NCBI GenBank assembly: GCA_963777155.1
Contig: CAVZPM010000009.1
Coordinates: 1 to 64,000 of the forward strand
Length of the DNA stretch: 64,000 bases
From: Candidatus Bathyarchaeota archaeon
GTDB lineage: Archaea > Thermoproteota > Bathyarchaeia > Bathyarchaeales > Bathycorpusculaceae
Direction of reading: 5' to 3'
The position numbers were made by a program, and so were the translations under genes. The notes beneath the pieces were generated by a model, which saw only the letters and a list, made by a program, of their open reading frames with translations, had not been told where the DNA came from and did no database searches. Of this stretch, positions 1 to 10,143 are shown one piece after another (the stretch's first letter is position 1; each line of letters begins with the position of its first letter).

Positions 1-124
1 CAAATAGAATATTTGATTTGGCAATTTTGGATTTTATAAATTGCGACAGAAATGTCAACTGTACTTCTTGTCGGCATAATGAGGTTTGCTGAGGCTCTGG
101 CTCCGAAAGAATATAAGGCATCAA

Positions 125-490
125 TTAGACAAAAATTGTGGGGGCTATTGGGATTTGGTTTTTGTTGTTTGTTACCATGGTTTTGCATATGGCGTTTAGT
201 TGGTTCTCGGTGAAGTTTAGGACACTCTTGCCATCATTGCTTATGTGGTATACTTTTCGCGGCCTGTCAGCATCCATGTTCCAGGAGCTTGTTAAATAGC
301 CTTTTTTCTCTAGTGTTCCTAGTAGAGGATAGACTGTACTTGGCCCAAAGTATACACCGTAAGTTTTGCGGATTTTTGTGATTAGTTGGTATCCATGCAT
401 GGGTTCATGCTGTAAATATTCGAGGATTATCATGTCGAGTAAGCCTTTGGTTAGTTTTGTTTGTGTTTCTTTTTGATAGTTTTTCATCAT
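125..490 (-). CDS. PadR-family transcriptional regulator
   Basis: KGLLDMIIL...PMHGYQL...GPSTVYPLLGTLEKKG...RPRKVYHI is a typical PadR winged helix. Confidence 0.92.
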   Translation of the reverse strand: MMKNYQKETQTKLTKGLLDMIILEYLQHEPMHGYQLITKIRKTYGVYFGPSTVYPLLGTLEKKGYLTSSWNMDADRPRKVYHISNDGKSVLNFTENQLNAICKTMVTNNKNQIPIAPTIFV

Positions 491-522
491 GTTAATGTTT
501 CTCCTGTTGCTTTGTTGTACGT

Positions 523-557
523 GTAAGCAATGTGTCTATTTAAGATACATTTCTTAC
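523..557. promoter_or_regulatory. Imperfect inverted repeat over the TATA box of the PadR gene; putative autoregulatory operator
   Basis: GTAAGCAATGTGTCT-ATTTA-AGATACATTTCTTAC, 15-bp arms with 2 mismatches, centred on CTTAAATA (minus strand). Confidence 0.55.
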
Positions 558-893
558 GTCTTCATAGTGCGTAAAGTGCCAGATAAACCCTCGCACATAC
601 CGCAAGCATACCAAACTACCCCATGCCGCCTAACTGTCGGACACAAGAACATATCAATACGTGAAATATTACTTAGAAAACCATATTTCAACGCGTCAAG
701 GAACTGTGCAACAGAACTACAAAAACAAAGGCGCAGCTTGCAGTATCGACACCTTGAGCAGAATAATTGAAGCAGTAATCAGAGGGGCAATATCTCTATT
801 CTTCAGAGCAATGGAAGGCGCAATCATATGGCAAACTAAAGCGCTATTGATTGCATGAAGCTTAAATCTCTGGATCATAATCACTGATGTGGG

Positions 894-1277
894 TTGCATA
901 TGGGTGCGTTTCAAATAGAAAAGTGCCAGGTAGTTTGGTCTAAAGATTCTCCTTCAGAAAAAGATAGACAATCAATAATCAAAGAATTAAGAGAAATGTC
1001 TTTTGAAATCCAGGAAGCTGTTAATTTCACTAAAGAATTAAGCGAAGTCAAAATGAATGAAGTCAAGTTCTGGCTAAGTACAGAGGGCGAAATAGGCTAT
1101 ACCTTATCGATTTATTATGATGTTCATGCTAGTGCATGGGGTATGATGCTTGAGGAAAATGAAACAAAAAATATTTCCCCTAAAGTTGTGGGTGAAATCG
1201 CCTGTACTGATCCCATGACCTTAAGCTTTATTGCACCTGAGAATATTCTTAAAACGGAACCCCTTTCCAGTCTTTAG
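894..1277 (+). CDS. Hypothetical protein
   Basis: 127-aa ORF with protein-like acidic composition; family not recognised. Confidence 0.6.
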   Translation: MHMGAFQIEKCQVVWSKDSPSEKDRQSIIKELREMSFEIQEAVNFTKELSEVKMNEVKFWLSTEGEIGYTLSIYYDVHASAWGMMLEENETKNISPKVVGEIACTDPMTLSFIAPENILKTEPLSSL

Positions 1278-1389
1278 CTACTCTATCGTCCTCAAAGTTA
1301 TGTCGAAAGCGTCGAGTTTGTGATTACAAGGTGACAGTCACATCGTCTGTTATCCTTCATGAGCATTTAACATATATTACGACACAAAT

Positions 1390-1872
1390 ATGGTGTTTGG
1401 ATTGCCCGAGAAAGATCTCAATATTCACTTTACCAAAAAAGCAGTAATCGCCGCAACATGCATTCTAGCAATTATTGTTCTCGGCATTACAATAGAGGAT
1501 GCCGCTTCAGACAAAAGCATTGTCTATGCACAGACCATAAAGGGGATAGGAGTTGGAATATATTGGGATCAGGCTTGTTTGAACAAAACTCTTTCACTTA
1601 ATTGGGCCACAATAGCGGCAGGTTCAAGCAATAGTTTAACTGTTTATGTTAGAAACGAAGGCAATTCGGCAGTTTCGTTGTTGTTAAGCACATCAGAATG
1701 GGTTCCGTCCTCCGCTTCAAGCTACATCTCTCTAAACTGGAACTACACCAACCAAGCACTCAAAACAAATGAAGTAATTCCCTTAGAATTAACGCTAACT
1801 GTATCTCCCACTATCGATGGAATGACTGATTTTAAACACCTAACTACCATAACTGCAATAGGCATGAACTAG
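1390..1872 (+). CDS. Hypothetical secreted or membrane-anchored beta-rich (Ig-like) protein
   Basis: N-terminal hydrophobic segment; TVYVRNEGN...LELTLTV Ig-like pattern. Confidence 0.75.
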   Translation: MVFGLPEKDLNIHFTKKAVIAATCILAIIVLGITIEDAASDKSIVYAQTIKGIGVGIYWDQACLNKTLSLNWATIAAGSSNSLTVYVRNEGNSAVSLLLSTSEWVPSSASSYISLNWNYTNQALKTNEVIPLELTLTVSPTIDGMTDFKHLTTITAIGMN

Positions 1873-2188
1873 CAAAACGGCGCACTTATTTTTCAAAATT
1901 AAATTCCGATAAAACTAAGTCTTTTGATATAAGTGCCTTAATTCATGCTCTAAAGAAGCCTCAAAAGGTACTGCTTTTCTAATAACGATAAGAAAATAGC
2001 CCTTAACCTTAAAAGAAAAGCTTCAATAAACCTGTTATTAAAATCCACACCGTACTCCTTAACTCTAGTATCCACCACGTCCAGGTTCTCTTGCACTCGC
2101 TTTAAAAGAAAGAAAAATCGTCACCACCAACTACGAGCATAAACCTCTGGAAAAGACTTGCCTGAATCTTTTTCCAACAGCAGTCTAT

Positions 2189-2320
2189 CTAAGCCTGTCT
2201 TGACTGTTGTCTTCCAGCTCTATCGAGTTTTTTCTTCTTCCGGGAATCTTCTCTATCTTTCTTTTTTCGAGGCTGAGGTTTTCCCCGATCGCGTTCTCCT
2301 GTTTCGCCTTTCTTACTCAT
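2189..2320 (-). CDS. Small highly basic protein (43 aa, not in ORF track)
   Basis: MSKKGETGERDRGKPQPRKKKDREDSRKKKKLDRAGRQQSRQA; archaeal SD AGGTGA 7 nt before ATG. Confidence 0.6.
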   Translation of the reverse strand: MSKKGETGERDRGKPQPRKKKDREDSRKKKKLDRAGRQQSRQA

Positions 2321-2412
2321 CTAATTATCACCTTCTAACAAAAGAAAAAACTCTTTCTCTTTTATAGAATACGGTTCCTTAAATTATACAATGTTTAAGA
2401 GTTTCTTATGAT

Positions 2413-3414
2413 TTATGCAGAGAAACAGGGAATTAAGCAATCAAACGAGCTATTTTGATCGGGTGTTTCGAGGTTTAGCTGCCTCATTAGTGCCTTGTAT
2501 CTGTTTCTAATGGTAACTTCTGTAACTCCGGCAGCTTCAGAAATGGCTCTTTGTGTTATCTTTTCGTTATTCTGAAGACAAGCAATGTAGAGAGCAGCTG
2601 CAGCCATGCCCATAGGGTCTTTTCCAGCCAAAAACCGTTTTCGTCTCGCCTCGCCAAGTATTGCAATTGCAGCCCCCTGTGTCTTACCCGATATTTCATT
2701 CTTTTCTGCAATTTTTGAAACGTACGTCAAAGGATCAGACGGCGGCATATGAAAATCAAGCTCTTGAAACATCATTCTATAGCATCTTGAAACATCTTTC
2801 TTATGCACTAGACTCGCTTTAGATATTTCGCTAAGGGTTTTTGGTGATCCGCTTTTGCGGCAAGTAGCATAAAGTGTGGCTGCGGTGACGGCGTTGATTG
2901 ATCTTCCCCGGATTAAGCCTTTGTCCAGCGCTTTGCGGTAAAGAAGCGCGGCTTTTTCTCTGATTGGTCTTGAAATGTTTAGTTTGCTTGATAAACGTTC
3001 AAGTTCACCCATGGCTTGAGCGAGGTTTCGATCGTAGGATGAGTGGACTCGGCTCCGTATTTGCCACTTCCTAAGACGCCACATCTGTAATCTAGTGGAA
3101 ACGGGTAGATTTCTTCCGAAGGCATCTCTGTCAACTTGGCTGATGTTTGTGGATAATCCTTTATCATGAATCGAATATGATGTTGGTGCACCGACACGGC
3201 TTCTTGAGGTTTTCTCTTCTTGAGTAAAAGCGCGCCACTCGGGGCCTTTATCAAACATCTGCTCATATAGAACAAGACCGCAGTCACCGCAGATTGTTTC
3301 GCCCGTGTCATAGTCGTGGACGAGATTTTTGCTTGCACATTCTGTGCACTTATCAGCCAAACGCTGATGCGTTTTAGAAACTTCTTTGGTTACATTAACT
3401 AAGGTTACACTCAT
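2413..3414 (-). CDS. tfb: Transcription initiation factor B
   Basis: Zn ribbon CxxC...CxxC, GPEWRAF B-reader, two cyclin repeats, GVTEVTIRNRYK. Confidence 0.97.
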   Translation of the reverse strand: MSVTLVNVTKEVSKTHQRLADKCTECASKNLVHDYDTGETICGDCGLVLYEQMFDKGPEWRAFTQEEKTSRSRVGAPTSYSIHDKGLSTNISQVDRDAFGRNLPVSTRLQMWRLRKWQIRSRVHSSYDRNLAQAMGELERLSSKLNISRPIREKAALLYRKALDKGLIRGRSINAVTAATLYATCRKSGSPKTLSEISKASLVHKKDVSRCYRMMFQELDFHMPPSDPLTYVSKIAEKNEISGKTQGAAIAILGEARRKRFLAGKDPMGMAAAALYIACLQNNEKITQRAISEAAGVTEVTIRNRYKALMRQLNLETPDQNSSFDCLIPCFSA

Positions 3415-3636
3415 CTTTCCAACTCAATTTGGTTGCTCAGAATCGTCACATAACCATAAAATCCCGCTTTAGGAAATAAAAAAATGATAATGCAATCTGC
3501 GCAATCTACCTAAAAGAAGGGTTGTAGTTATTATACATGATTTTGTTTTCTAGACAATTAGATGGGAAACACACAGAGTTATCAAGAAATTGTGCTAAAC
3601 TCTTCAGGAAAAGAAAGCAGTCTTATTCGCTCTAAA

Positions 3637-3915
3637 CTAATCTTTTATGGCTTCTATGAAGCTCATAACATTCCAGAGTTTTACCCGCGTGTAAGGAGGC
3701 ATATTAGGGTCCTGCAGAATCTCGTCGAGCATCGACACAGCGTTTGAAGCTCGAACGGCAGGGGTATATTCGGCGCTTTGCAGGGCACTCATGGCATCTT
3801 TTGCAGAACGACGAATGTTTCGCGGTGTTGTACTGTCTTCCGAGACCTCGCCAAGAACGACTAATGCTTGCTGAATCTTCGCTTCATACTCATCAGATTT
3901 TTTCTTGCGTACCAT
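3637..3915 (-). CDS. UPF0147 family protein
   Basis: DSTTPRNIRR...LDEILQDPNMPPYTRVKLWN signature. Confidence 0.92.
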   Translation of the reverse strand: MVRKKKSDEYEAKIQQALVVLGEVSEDSTTPRNIRRSAKDAMSALQSAEYTPAVRASNAVSMLDEILQDPNMPPYTRVKLWNVMSFIEAIKD

Positions 3916-3992
3916 AAATAGTTCCCCTTCAATGCACCATGGCAGTGACCAAGTTATATAAGCATTGACACGTATTTACTTTGGGGTTCTAT

Positions 3993-4358
3993 ATGCAACC
4001 AAAAACAGACAACACACTTGTGAAACGAGGAGCAAACCTGCTGCTACAAGGCGCCGCCTTAACTGACCTCTCATGCCCAAACTGTACATCTCCGCTGTTT
4101 AGACTTAAAGATGGCACACTTTGGTGCGCAAAAGATGAGAAAAAAGTAATAGTCGTCAAAGAAGGGCAAGAGCCACCCAAACAACCGGCAGCAACCATTA
4201 ACGCTTATGACAAACTTGAAGCTACCCTAATGGCAAAGATTGAAGAAATACAGGTTAAGATTGAAAAAACCCAAGATGTCGACGAGTTGCAAAAACTCAC
4301 ACTTGCCCTAAGCGAACTGTTAAACAGTGTTGAAAAAATCAAAAAAATTAAAGGCTGA
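3993..4358 (+). CDS. UPF0148/autoantigen p27-like Zn-finger protein
   Basis: LLQGAALTDLSCPNCTSPLF...WC; usual neighbour of UPF0147. Confidence 0.85.
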   Translation: MQPKTDNTLVKRGANLLLQGAALTDLSCPNCTSPLFRLKDGTLWCAKDEKKVIVVKEGQEPPKQPAATINAYDKLEATLMAKIEEIQVKIEKTQDVDELQKLTLALSELLNSVEKIKKIKG

Positions 4359-4367
4359 GCCCAAAAT

Positions 4368-4883
4368 TTGACTTTGGGTTTCTATGAAAACTTCCCAACA
4401 GGCATACATAGAATTGATACCTTCACCTCTACTCTTTCAAACAAACTACTTCAACAAAAACTAATCCAGATTTTTTACGAGGCTAACCAAAGAGAATTTA
4501 CTTTTGAAGAAGTCACAAACCCGACAGTGCCACAGGGCAAGGTGATTTTTGAGTTTGGTGTAGCAGAAGCGGGGAACTTCAACTTCATAGACGAGGAAGA
4601 ACTCAAAAAAACACTGGAGTATTTGACAAAGGAGCGGCTGGTCAGGATGGATTTTTTCTGCTCTATTCGTTACTACAAGGGCAAAGACGAAAAAAAGACC
4701 CCGTTGAAGTTTGATTATTACATGCTAAGAACCATTTTCAACAAGGAAACATTTGAAGTTCAGGTGTTTCATGAACGAGGACCAAGATATATTTCACCTG
4801 AGGATCTAACTGCATTTGTTTTCAACAGAGTAAATGAGGTATCAGGCAAGAACAGGAAAGCCCTCAAGAAAACAGGCATCTAG
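4368..4883 (+). CDS. Hypothetical protein
   Basis: 171-aa ORF co-oriented with the upstream gene; family not recognised. Confidence 0.75.
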   Translation: MTLGFYENFPTGIHRIDTFTSTLSNKLLQQKLIQIFYEANQREFTFEEVTNPTVPQGKVIFEFGVAEAGNFNFIDEEELKKTLEYLTKERLVRMDFFCSIRYYKGKDEKKTPLKFDYYMLRTIFNKETFEVQVFHERGPRYISPEDLTAFVFNRVNEVSGKNRKALKKTGI

Positions 4884-5003
4884 CATCAAGGGGTTCACCA
4901 GAAGGTAAGTTTTTATTTGAACTATAGCCGAAAGTTATATTTCTAACCGAATACTCCTTAGAAAAGACAGCAATAATAATTACCAAGAAAAAGGCCATAT
5001 ATT

Positions 5004-5963
5004 ATGTTACCTATCGAAGTTTCAGCCTTAAAAAAACACTACGGAGGATTAAAAGCTGTAGACGGCATCTCCTTTTCAGTCAACCAAGGAGAAGTCTTTG
5101 GACTCTTAGGTCCAAATGGCGCAGGTAAAACCACCACCATAGAAATCATGGAGGGTTTGCGTGAAAGAGACGGCGGAGACGTAAAAGTCCTCGGGCTTGA
5201 CCCGTGGAAAAACGGCTACGAACTGCACAAGAAAATAGGAGTTATTCCGCAGGAGTTTACTTTTTTTGAGAAAACAACTCCAAAAGAAGCAATAATTTAC
5301 TATGCTGATCTCTTCGGCATCAAGGTTAATCCCGACGAGATTCTAAAAGAAGTCCTACTTGAGGAATCCGCCAAAGTCAATTTTGATAATCTCTCAGGCG
5401 GGCAGAAACAGAAGACAGGTCTTGCTCTATCATTGGTTAACTCACCTGAACTGCTTTTCCTTGACGAGCCTACCACAGGCTTGGACCCCAACGCAAGAAG
5501 AGCTATTTGGGAAGTTATACGCAGCTTAAAAGCTAAGGGTAAAACAATCATCTTGACAACCCATTATCTGGATGAGGCACAGCAACTCTCTGACCGAGTA
5601 GCCATAATGGATCATGGACGCATAGTAGCGATGGGGACTACCGAAGAAATAATTCAACAACATGGCTCAGGTGAACGGCTAGAGATTCATGGGAACGAAA
5701 AACTCGCCGAATACATCAAAACCAATACAGAATTGAAAGTTGATTACGACAAAGCCAGAGGCGAAATCACCATTCCATTACAAAAGAAAATTGACGCTCT
5801 CGCAGCGCTGGCAGCTGCAGAACAGTCAGGTTTGGAATGGGGTGACATCCAAACGCGCCAAGATAGCTTAGATGACGTTTTTGTTAAGCTCGTCAACGAG
5901 CCCGTCGGCGAGCAAGGAGAAACGGCATCTGAACAGAAAGCCAGCAAAAAGCGGAGGCGTTAA
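5004..5963 (+). CDS. ABC-2 type transporter ATP-binding subunit
   Basis: GPNGAGKTT, LSGGQ, LFLDEPT, TTH motifs. Confidence 0.96.
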   Translation: MLPIEVSALKKHYGGLKAVDGISFSVNQGEVFGLLGPNGAGKTTTIEIMEGLRERDGGDVKVLGLDPWKNGYELHKKIGVIPQEFTFFEKTTPKEAIIYYADLFGIKVNPDEILKEVLLEESAKVNFDNLSGGQKQKTGLALSLVNSPELLFLDEPTTGLDPNARRAIWEVIRSLKAKGKTIILTTHYLDEAQQLSDRVAIMDHGRIVAMGTTEEIIQQHGSGERLEIHGNEKLAEYIKTNTELKVDYDKARGEITIPLQKKIDALAALAAAEQSGLEWGDIQTRQDSLDDVFVKLVNEPVGEQGETASEQKASKKRRR

Positions 5964-5965
5964 GT

Positions 5966-7078
5966 TTGATCAGTGGAAAGCGTATATACTCAGATTTCAA
6001 AGTCTTCAGCAGAGGATACCTCAGAAATAAGTTCGGATTATTCTTCGGCTTAATATTCCCAGTAATCTTGATTTTGATTTTCGGAGCGATCTTCGCAGGA
6101 GGAAGCACCGGAAAAGTAAATGTCTACGCTCAAAACCTAGACTCAGGTCCGTTCCCAACAGGACAAAACCTCGGCACAGGCTTCTTAGAAGCATTAAACA
6201 AATCTAGCACAATTACAGTGATAACGGTGGATGCTTCAGTGGACTTTTCAAAATACTTGGCGGATCATTCAGCATCAGACGGCATATTGATTCCTCAAAA
6301 CTTCACATTAGACTATGCGCGGAGCCAGCAAGTAAACGTTACAGTTTATGGTAACCCAACCTCAAGCACAAGCGGTATAGTGAGCGGAACGGTTAGTGGA
6401 TACGCCAATTATTTTAACCTCCAACGCTTCAACGGCACGATGGTTATAGGATTAGCGTCTGCAACTGTGAATACTCAACAAACAAAATACATTGACTTCT
6501 TGATTCCAGGTTTAATCGGTTTCTCAATACTTACCAGCCCAATGTTCTCGCTAGTTAACATTTCCTCTGAGTACAAGAAAACAAAGCTGTTCAAGCAACT
6601 CTCGCTTACACCGCTAACAAAGATGGAGTGGCTAATATCCAAAATGATATGGTACATTGTCTTGACAATCGCTGGCTTCCTACTAATGGTTGGTGTTGGC
6701 ATTTTTGCTTTCGGTGCACACGTTGCAATAACACCTTGGCTAATACCCTTTCTTGTCTTGGGTCCAATGCTGTTTGCATCGCTCGGTATGCTGGTTGGCA
6801 CTGTGACAAAGAACCCAGAAACTGCCGGCGTTATAGGCAACATCGTAACGTTCCCCATGATGTTCCTCGCAGGTACTTTCTTCCCCATCAGCAGCATGCC
6901 ACAATACTTGCAGACTTTCGCTCATGTATTACCCCTATTCTACGTTACAGAAGGCTTAAACAACGCTATGGTCTACGGAAACATTAACAATGCAATAATT
7001 GACATTGTTGTCCTCGCGGTCATTACAGTAGTTATCTTTGCTTTGGCAGTGAAGCTGTTCAAGTGGAGAGAAGACTAA
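5966..7078 (+). CDS. ABC-2 type transporter permease
   Basis: Six TM segments with an extracellular loop; FPMMFLAGTFFP...MP..LQ...LPL. Confidence 0.94.
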   Translation: MISGKRIYSDFKVFSRGYLRNKFGLFFGLIFPVILILIFGAIFAGGSTGKVNVYAQNLDSGPFPTGQNLGTGFLEALNKSSTITVITVDASVDFSKYLADHSASDGILIPQNFTLDYARSQQVNVTVYGNPTSSTSGIVSGTVSGYANYFNLQRFNGTMVIGLASATVNTQQTKYIDFLIPGLIGFSILTSPMFSLVNISSEYKKTKLFKQLSLTPLTKMEWLISKMIWYIVLTIAGFLLMVGVGIFAFGAHVAITPWLIPFLVLGPMLFASLGMLVGTVTKNPETAGVIGNIVTFPMMFLAGTFFPISSMPQYLQTFAHVLPLFYVTEGLNNAMVYGNINNAIIDIVVLAVITVVIFALAVKLFKWRED

Positions 7079-7227
7079 ACCGCTAACCCACCCTTTTCTT
7101 TTGGGGCATATTTGGAGCTTATTAGGATCCTAAAAGCGATTTCACGCAGAAAAGATAGAAGAATGGGGCAGTTCTTTTTCCACAGGGATAGATTCTATTG
7201 ACAATTTTTCAAGTCAGTAGCAGATTA

Positions 7228-7839
7228 CTAAGATACAAAACTCTTGCAAGCCTTAAGCAAACCTAAAACCACAGCGTACAGCTCGTCAGCCACAGCTTCT
7301 TTGGGTTTATCGCCGTCGACTCTTACCAAGTCACCCTTCTCAACAAACATTAGGTAGACATCCCTAACTTTCTGCTGGGTCTCCAATGTCTCCATTACTG
7401 ATTTCTTTCGTTGCAAACGTTCCAGAACATGCTTGGGAGCCACGTCGATGAAAAGACTGAAATCCGGCTGCAATGCCCGGGCGTTAATAGTTTTAATCCA
7501 ATCAAGACTTAGCCCTGCGCTACCCTGATAGGCCATTGAGGAGTAGACGAAGCGGTCACATATGACAAGTTTGCCTTCATCTAACGCAGGTTTTATCTCT
7601 TTTTCAATATGATCAATGCGGTCGGCAGCAAAAAGAAGAGCTTCAGCTTCGGTTGGCAAACGTTTGTCCTCGTAGAGGCAGCCTTCACGGATAAACGTGC
7701 CTATTTTGCCTTGACTGGGCTCTGCCGTAAGCAGTACACTATAACTTTGGGAGAGCTTTTTTGCCAGTAGAGTTGCTTGAGTGGTTTTTCCGCTCCCATC
7801 TAAACCTTCGATAACTATGAAGATACCTTTTTTGCCCAT
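7228..7839 (-). CDS. tmk: Thymidylate kinase
   Basis: IEGLDGSGKTT, LLFAADR, CDRF..SS.AYQ. Confidence 0.97.
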   Translation of the reverse strand: MGKKGIFIVIEGLDGSGKTTQATLLAKKLSQSYSVLLTAEPSQGKIGTFIREGCLYEDKRLPTEAEALLFAADRIDHIEKEIKPALDEGKLVICDRFVYSSMAYQGSAGLSLDWIKTINARALQPDFSLFIDVAPKHVLERLQRKKSVMETLETQQKVRDVYLMFVEKGDLVRVDGDKPKEAVADELYAVVLGLLKACKSFVS

Positions 7840-7918
7840 GTTTGTCGCTCCAGCTGCTTAGCGTTACACATTAATGGAAGTTGCCTAAATATAGTCTTAC
7901 AATTGTGAGGTTACGCTT

Positions 7919-9199
7919 GTGCCTAAGAATTATTGGGGAGAAATCAAGGATCCTGTACACGGCTATGTGTACATTACGGAAGAAGAGAAGAACATAATTG
8001 ACTCTTACCCAATGCAGCGTCTACGAAGACTAAGGCAACTGGCTGGATCCGAATATGTTTACCCAGGCGCCAACCACACTCGTTTCGAACATTGCTTAGG
8101 CGTCATGTACCTCGCTGGTCAAGTGCTTGAGAACCCAAATATTTCACGCGTTGTAAGCGAAGAAGAAGTGGATGTTTGCCGAATCTCAGCGCTACTCCAC
8201 GACGCTGGACACGGTCCATTCTCCCATGTTTTTGAGCATCTACTCATAAAAGATCTTGATAAAACACATGAAGACATCACTTCATGGATAGTCGAGAAAA
8301 GTGAAGTAGGCGAAAAACTTTCAAAGATGGGATACAACCCAAAAGAAGTGGCCGGATTAGCGGTTGGAAAACTACATAAGAAAAATAGGGCATTTCTGGA
8401 TCAAATCATCAGCAGTGCTGTGGATGTTGATAAACAGGACTTTATCGTCCGAGATACCTATCATACAGGAGCCGAATATGGGTTCATCGATGTCTACCGC
8501 CTTCAACATGCACTGGACATTTTGGGCGAGAACTTAGCTGTGGAACTAGGTGCATTGTCAGCATTGGAAGCCTTCATGATTGCCCGCATTGAATCCTTCA
8601 AGAGCATCTATTTTCACCGTGTCGGAAGAGCAGCCCAAATCATGCTTGCAACCGCGATGGACAAAGCCAACAGTGAACTCGGCTTAACAGCATTCAAAAC
8701 GCCTGAAGAATACTTGGAGCTGGATGATTACACAGTTTGGTCTGCACTTAAGAAATGCAAGGCATCCAGGGAAATCATTAGCAACCTGGAGCAACGCCGC
8801 ATGCTCAAGTGCGCCTATGAGCGAACCTTCTATGAGAAAGACGCGATGATTTCAAGTTTGTTCGGCAGAGAAACGTATAGACTCCAGATTCAAAGTGAAA
8901 TCGCAAAAGAAGCGAGCGTGGGTTTAGAATCAGTCATTATTGATGTACCAACTGTCCCGTCTGTTCCTTATCACCATGCCGTTCTCATGGAATCGACAGA
9001 GATACCGGTATTTACCAAGGGTCAAAAAGGCGAAAAAAACCTCCAGCGGCTCAGCGAAAGTTCAAAGATTTTTGAAACCCTCAAAGGCTTCATGAATATT
9101 TTACGCGTCTACACAAACGAAACCGACCGCGCCAAAGTGGAGAAAGCAACCGCCAAGATTCTAGGCAAGATTCCTTCCGCAGCCAAAATCTCTTTCTAA
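7919..9199 (+). CDS. HD-domain phosphohydrolase (dNTP triphosphohydrolase/SAMHD1-like)
   Basis: DPVHG, QRLRRLRQL, HTRFEH, LLHDAGHGPFSH, DVDKQDF. Confidence 0.93.
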   Translation: MPKNYWGEIKDPVHGYVYITEEEKNIIDSYPMQRLRRLRQLAGSEYVYPGANHTRFEHCLGVMYLAGQVLENPNISRVVSEEEVDVCRISALLHDAGHGPFSHVFEHLLIKDLDKTHEDITSWIVEKSEVGEKLSKMGYNPKEVAGLAVGKLHKKNRAFLDQIISSAVDVDKQDFIVRDTYHTGAEYGFIDVYRLQHALDILGENLAVELGALSALEAFMIARIESFKSIYFHRVGRAAQIMLATAMDKANSELGLTAFKTPEEYLELDDYTVWSALKKCKASREIISNLEQRRMLKCAYERTFYEKDAMISSLFGRETYRLQIQSEIAKEASVGLESVIIDVPTVPSVPYHHAVLMESTEIPVFTKGQKGEKNLQRLSESSKIFETLKGFMNILRVYTNETDRAKVEKATAKILGKIPSAAKISF

Positions 9200-9280
9200 A
9201 GCGAGTAACGCTTTTTCTTAAATACTAGGTGTTGCTTAGACAAATAAGTGCAAATGTTTTAGCGTGAGAAGGAAAACAAC

Positions 9281-9805
9281 GTGTCGAAGGAACCTGTAGA
9301 AGACAAAAAAATAATCAGTGTCAGGATCAAACGAAGGCCAGAAGTAAAAGGTGAGCCATCACTGCTCTATTCGCAAAAGGAAATACATACGTTTGTCACC
9401 GAATTTGTTTCTTCTTGGATAAGAGGAGACATAATCATCCGTTTTCCAACTGCGGCAGAACTCGCTAAGCAGACACCGCTAAGTATAGCGTTTCCAAAAG
9501 ACCCCTCGGTGAGCGCTGAACTAAAAATCAAAGAGCACTACGTCGATTTGCTATCTGTGGTCGCAGGAATCAAACCAGCCTCAACCGATGAGCAGGAACA
9601 GGCAATCTCTGAAGTCTTCAAGATGCTACTTATGTTCCGCTCAGCTAACCGTATAGAGGGCAAAATAATCTCAAACGACTTGGAAAGAAGAATCCAAGAT
9701 CTCGAAAAAACATCGGCGAACCAAGCCAAACTCGTCGACCAAATAACGGCTTTTTTGTTTACTCCAAAAAAACCCAAACAGAACAGCCAGTTAGCTAAAC
9801 AGTAG
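9281..9805 (+). CDS. Hypothetical protein with C-terminal coiled coil
   Basis: 174-aa ORF; LERRIQDLEK heptad pattern. Confidence 0.7.
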   Translation: MSKEPVEDKKIISVRIKRRPEVKGEPSLLYSQKEIHTFVTEFVSSWIRGDIIIRFPTAAELAKQTPLSIAFPKDPSVSAELKIKEHYVDLLSVVAGIKPASTDEQEQAISEVFKMLLMFRSANRIEGKIISNDLERRIQDLEKTSANQAKLVDQITAFLFTPKKPKQNSQLAKQ

Positions 9806-9867
9806 TTCTGGAAGGGTAAGGTTTATTCGAAGGAAATCGCATTCTGCTTGATGCTTCTAGTTTAAGC

Positions 9868-9945
9868 GCTCCGGTAGTATAGTCCGGTCAAGTATACTGG
9901 CCTTTCGAGTCGGCGACCCGGGTCCGAATCCCGGCCGGAGCACCA
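9868..9945 (+). tRNA. tRNA-Glu(TTC), CCA encoded
   Basis: Acceptor GCTCCGG/CCGGAGC, anticodon loop CT-TTC-GA, T-arm CCGGG-TCCGAAT-CCCGG, ends ACCA. Confidence 0.95.
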
Positions 9946-10143
9946 CCCTTACACCTATAATTGTTTTTCTTATTTAGGAATTGAATTCTTGTTCATTTAG
10001 AGAATTGAACCAACTCAACATGTATTCAGACAAATTCAAACCTCTTGTTTTCTTCAGGGCGCGAAGCACTGAAGATAAAACGGGTTATGAGAGCTCTGGC
10101 TGTATTTGGCAGTAACAAAATAAGAAATAAAAATAGAAGGCTA

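Noticed and set aside
489-914. Three overlapping short ORFs upstream of PadR
   Set aside because: No motifs and mutually conflicting frames; coding status unsupported
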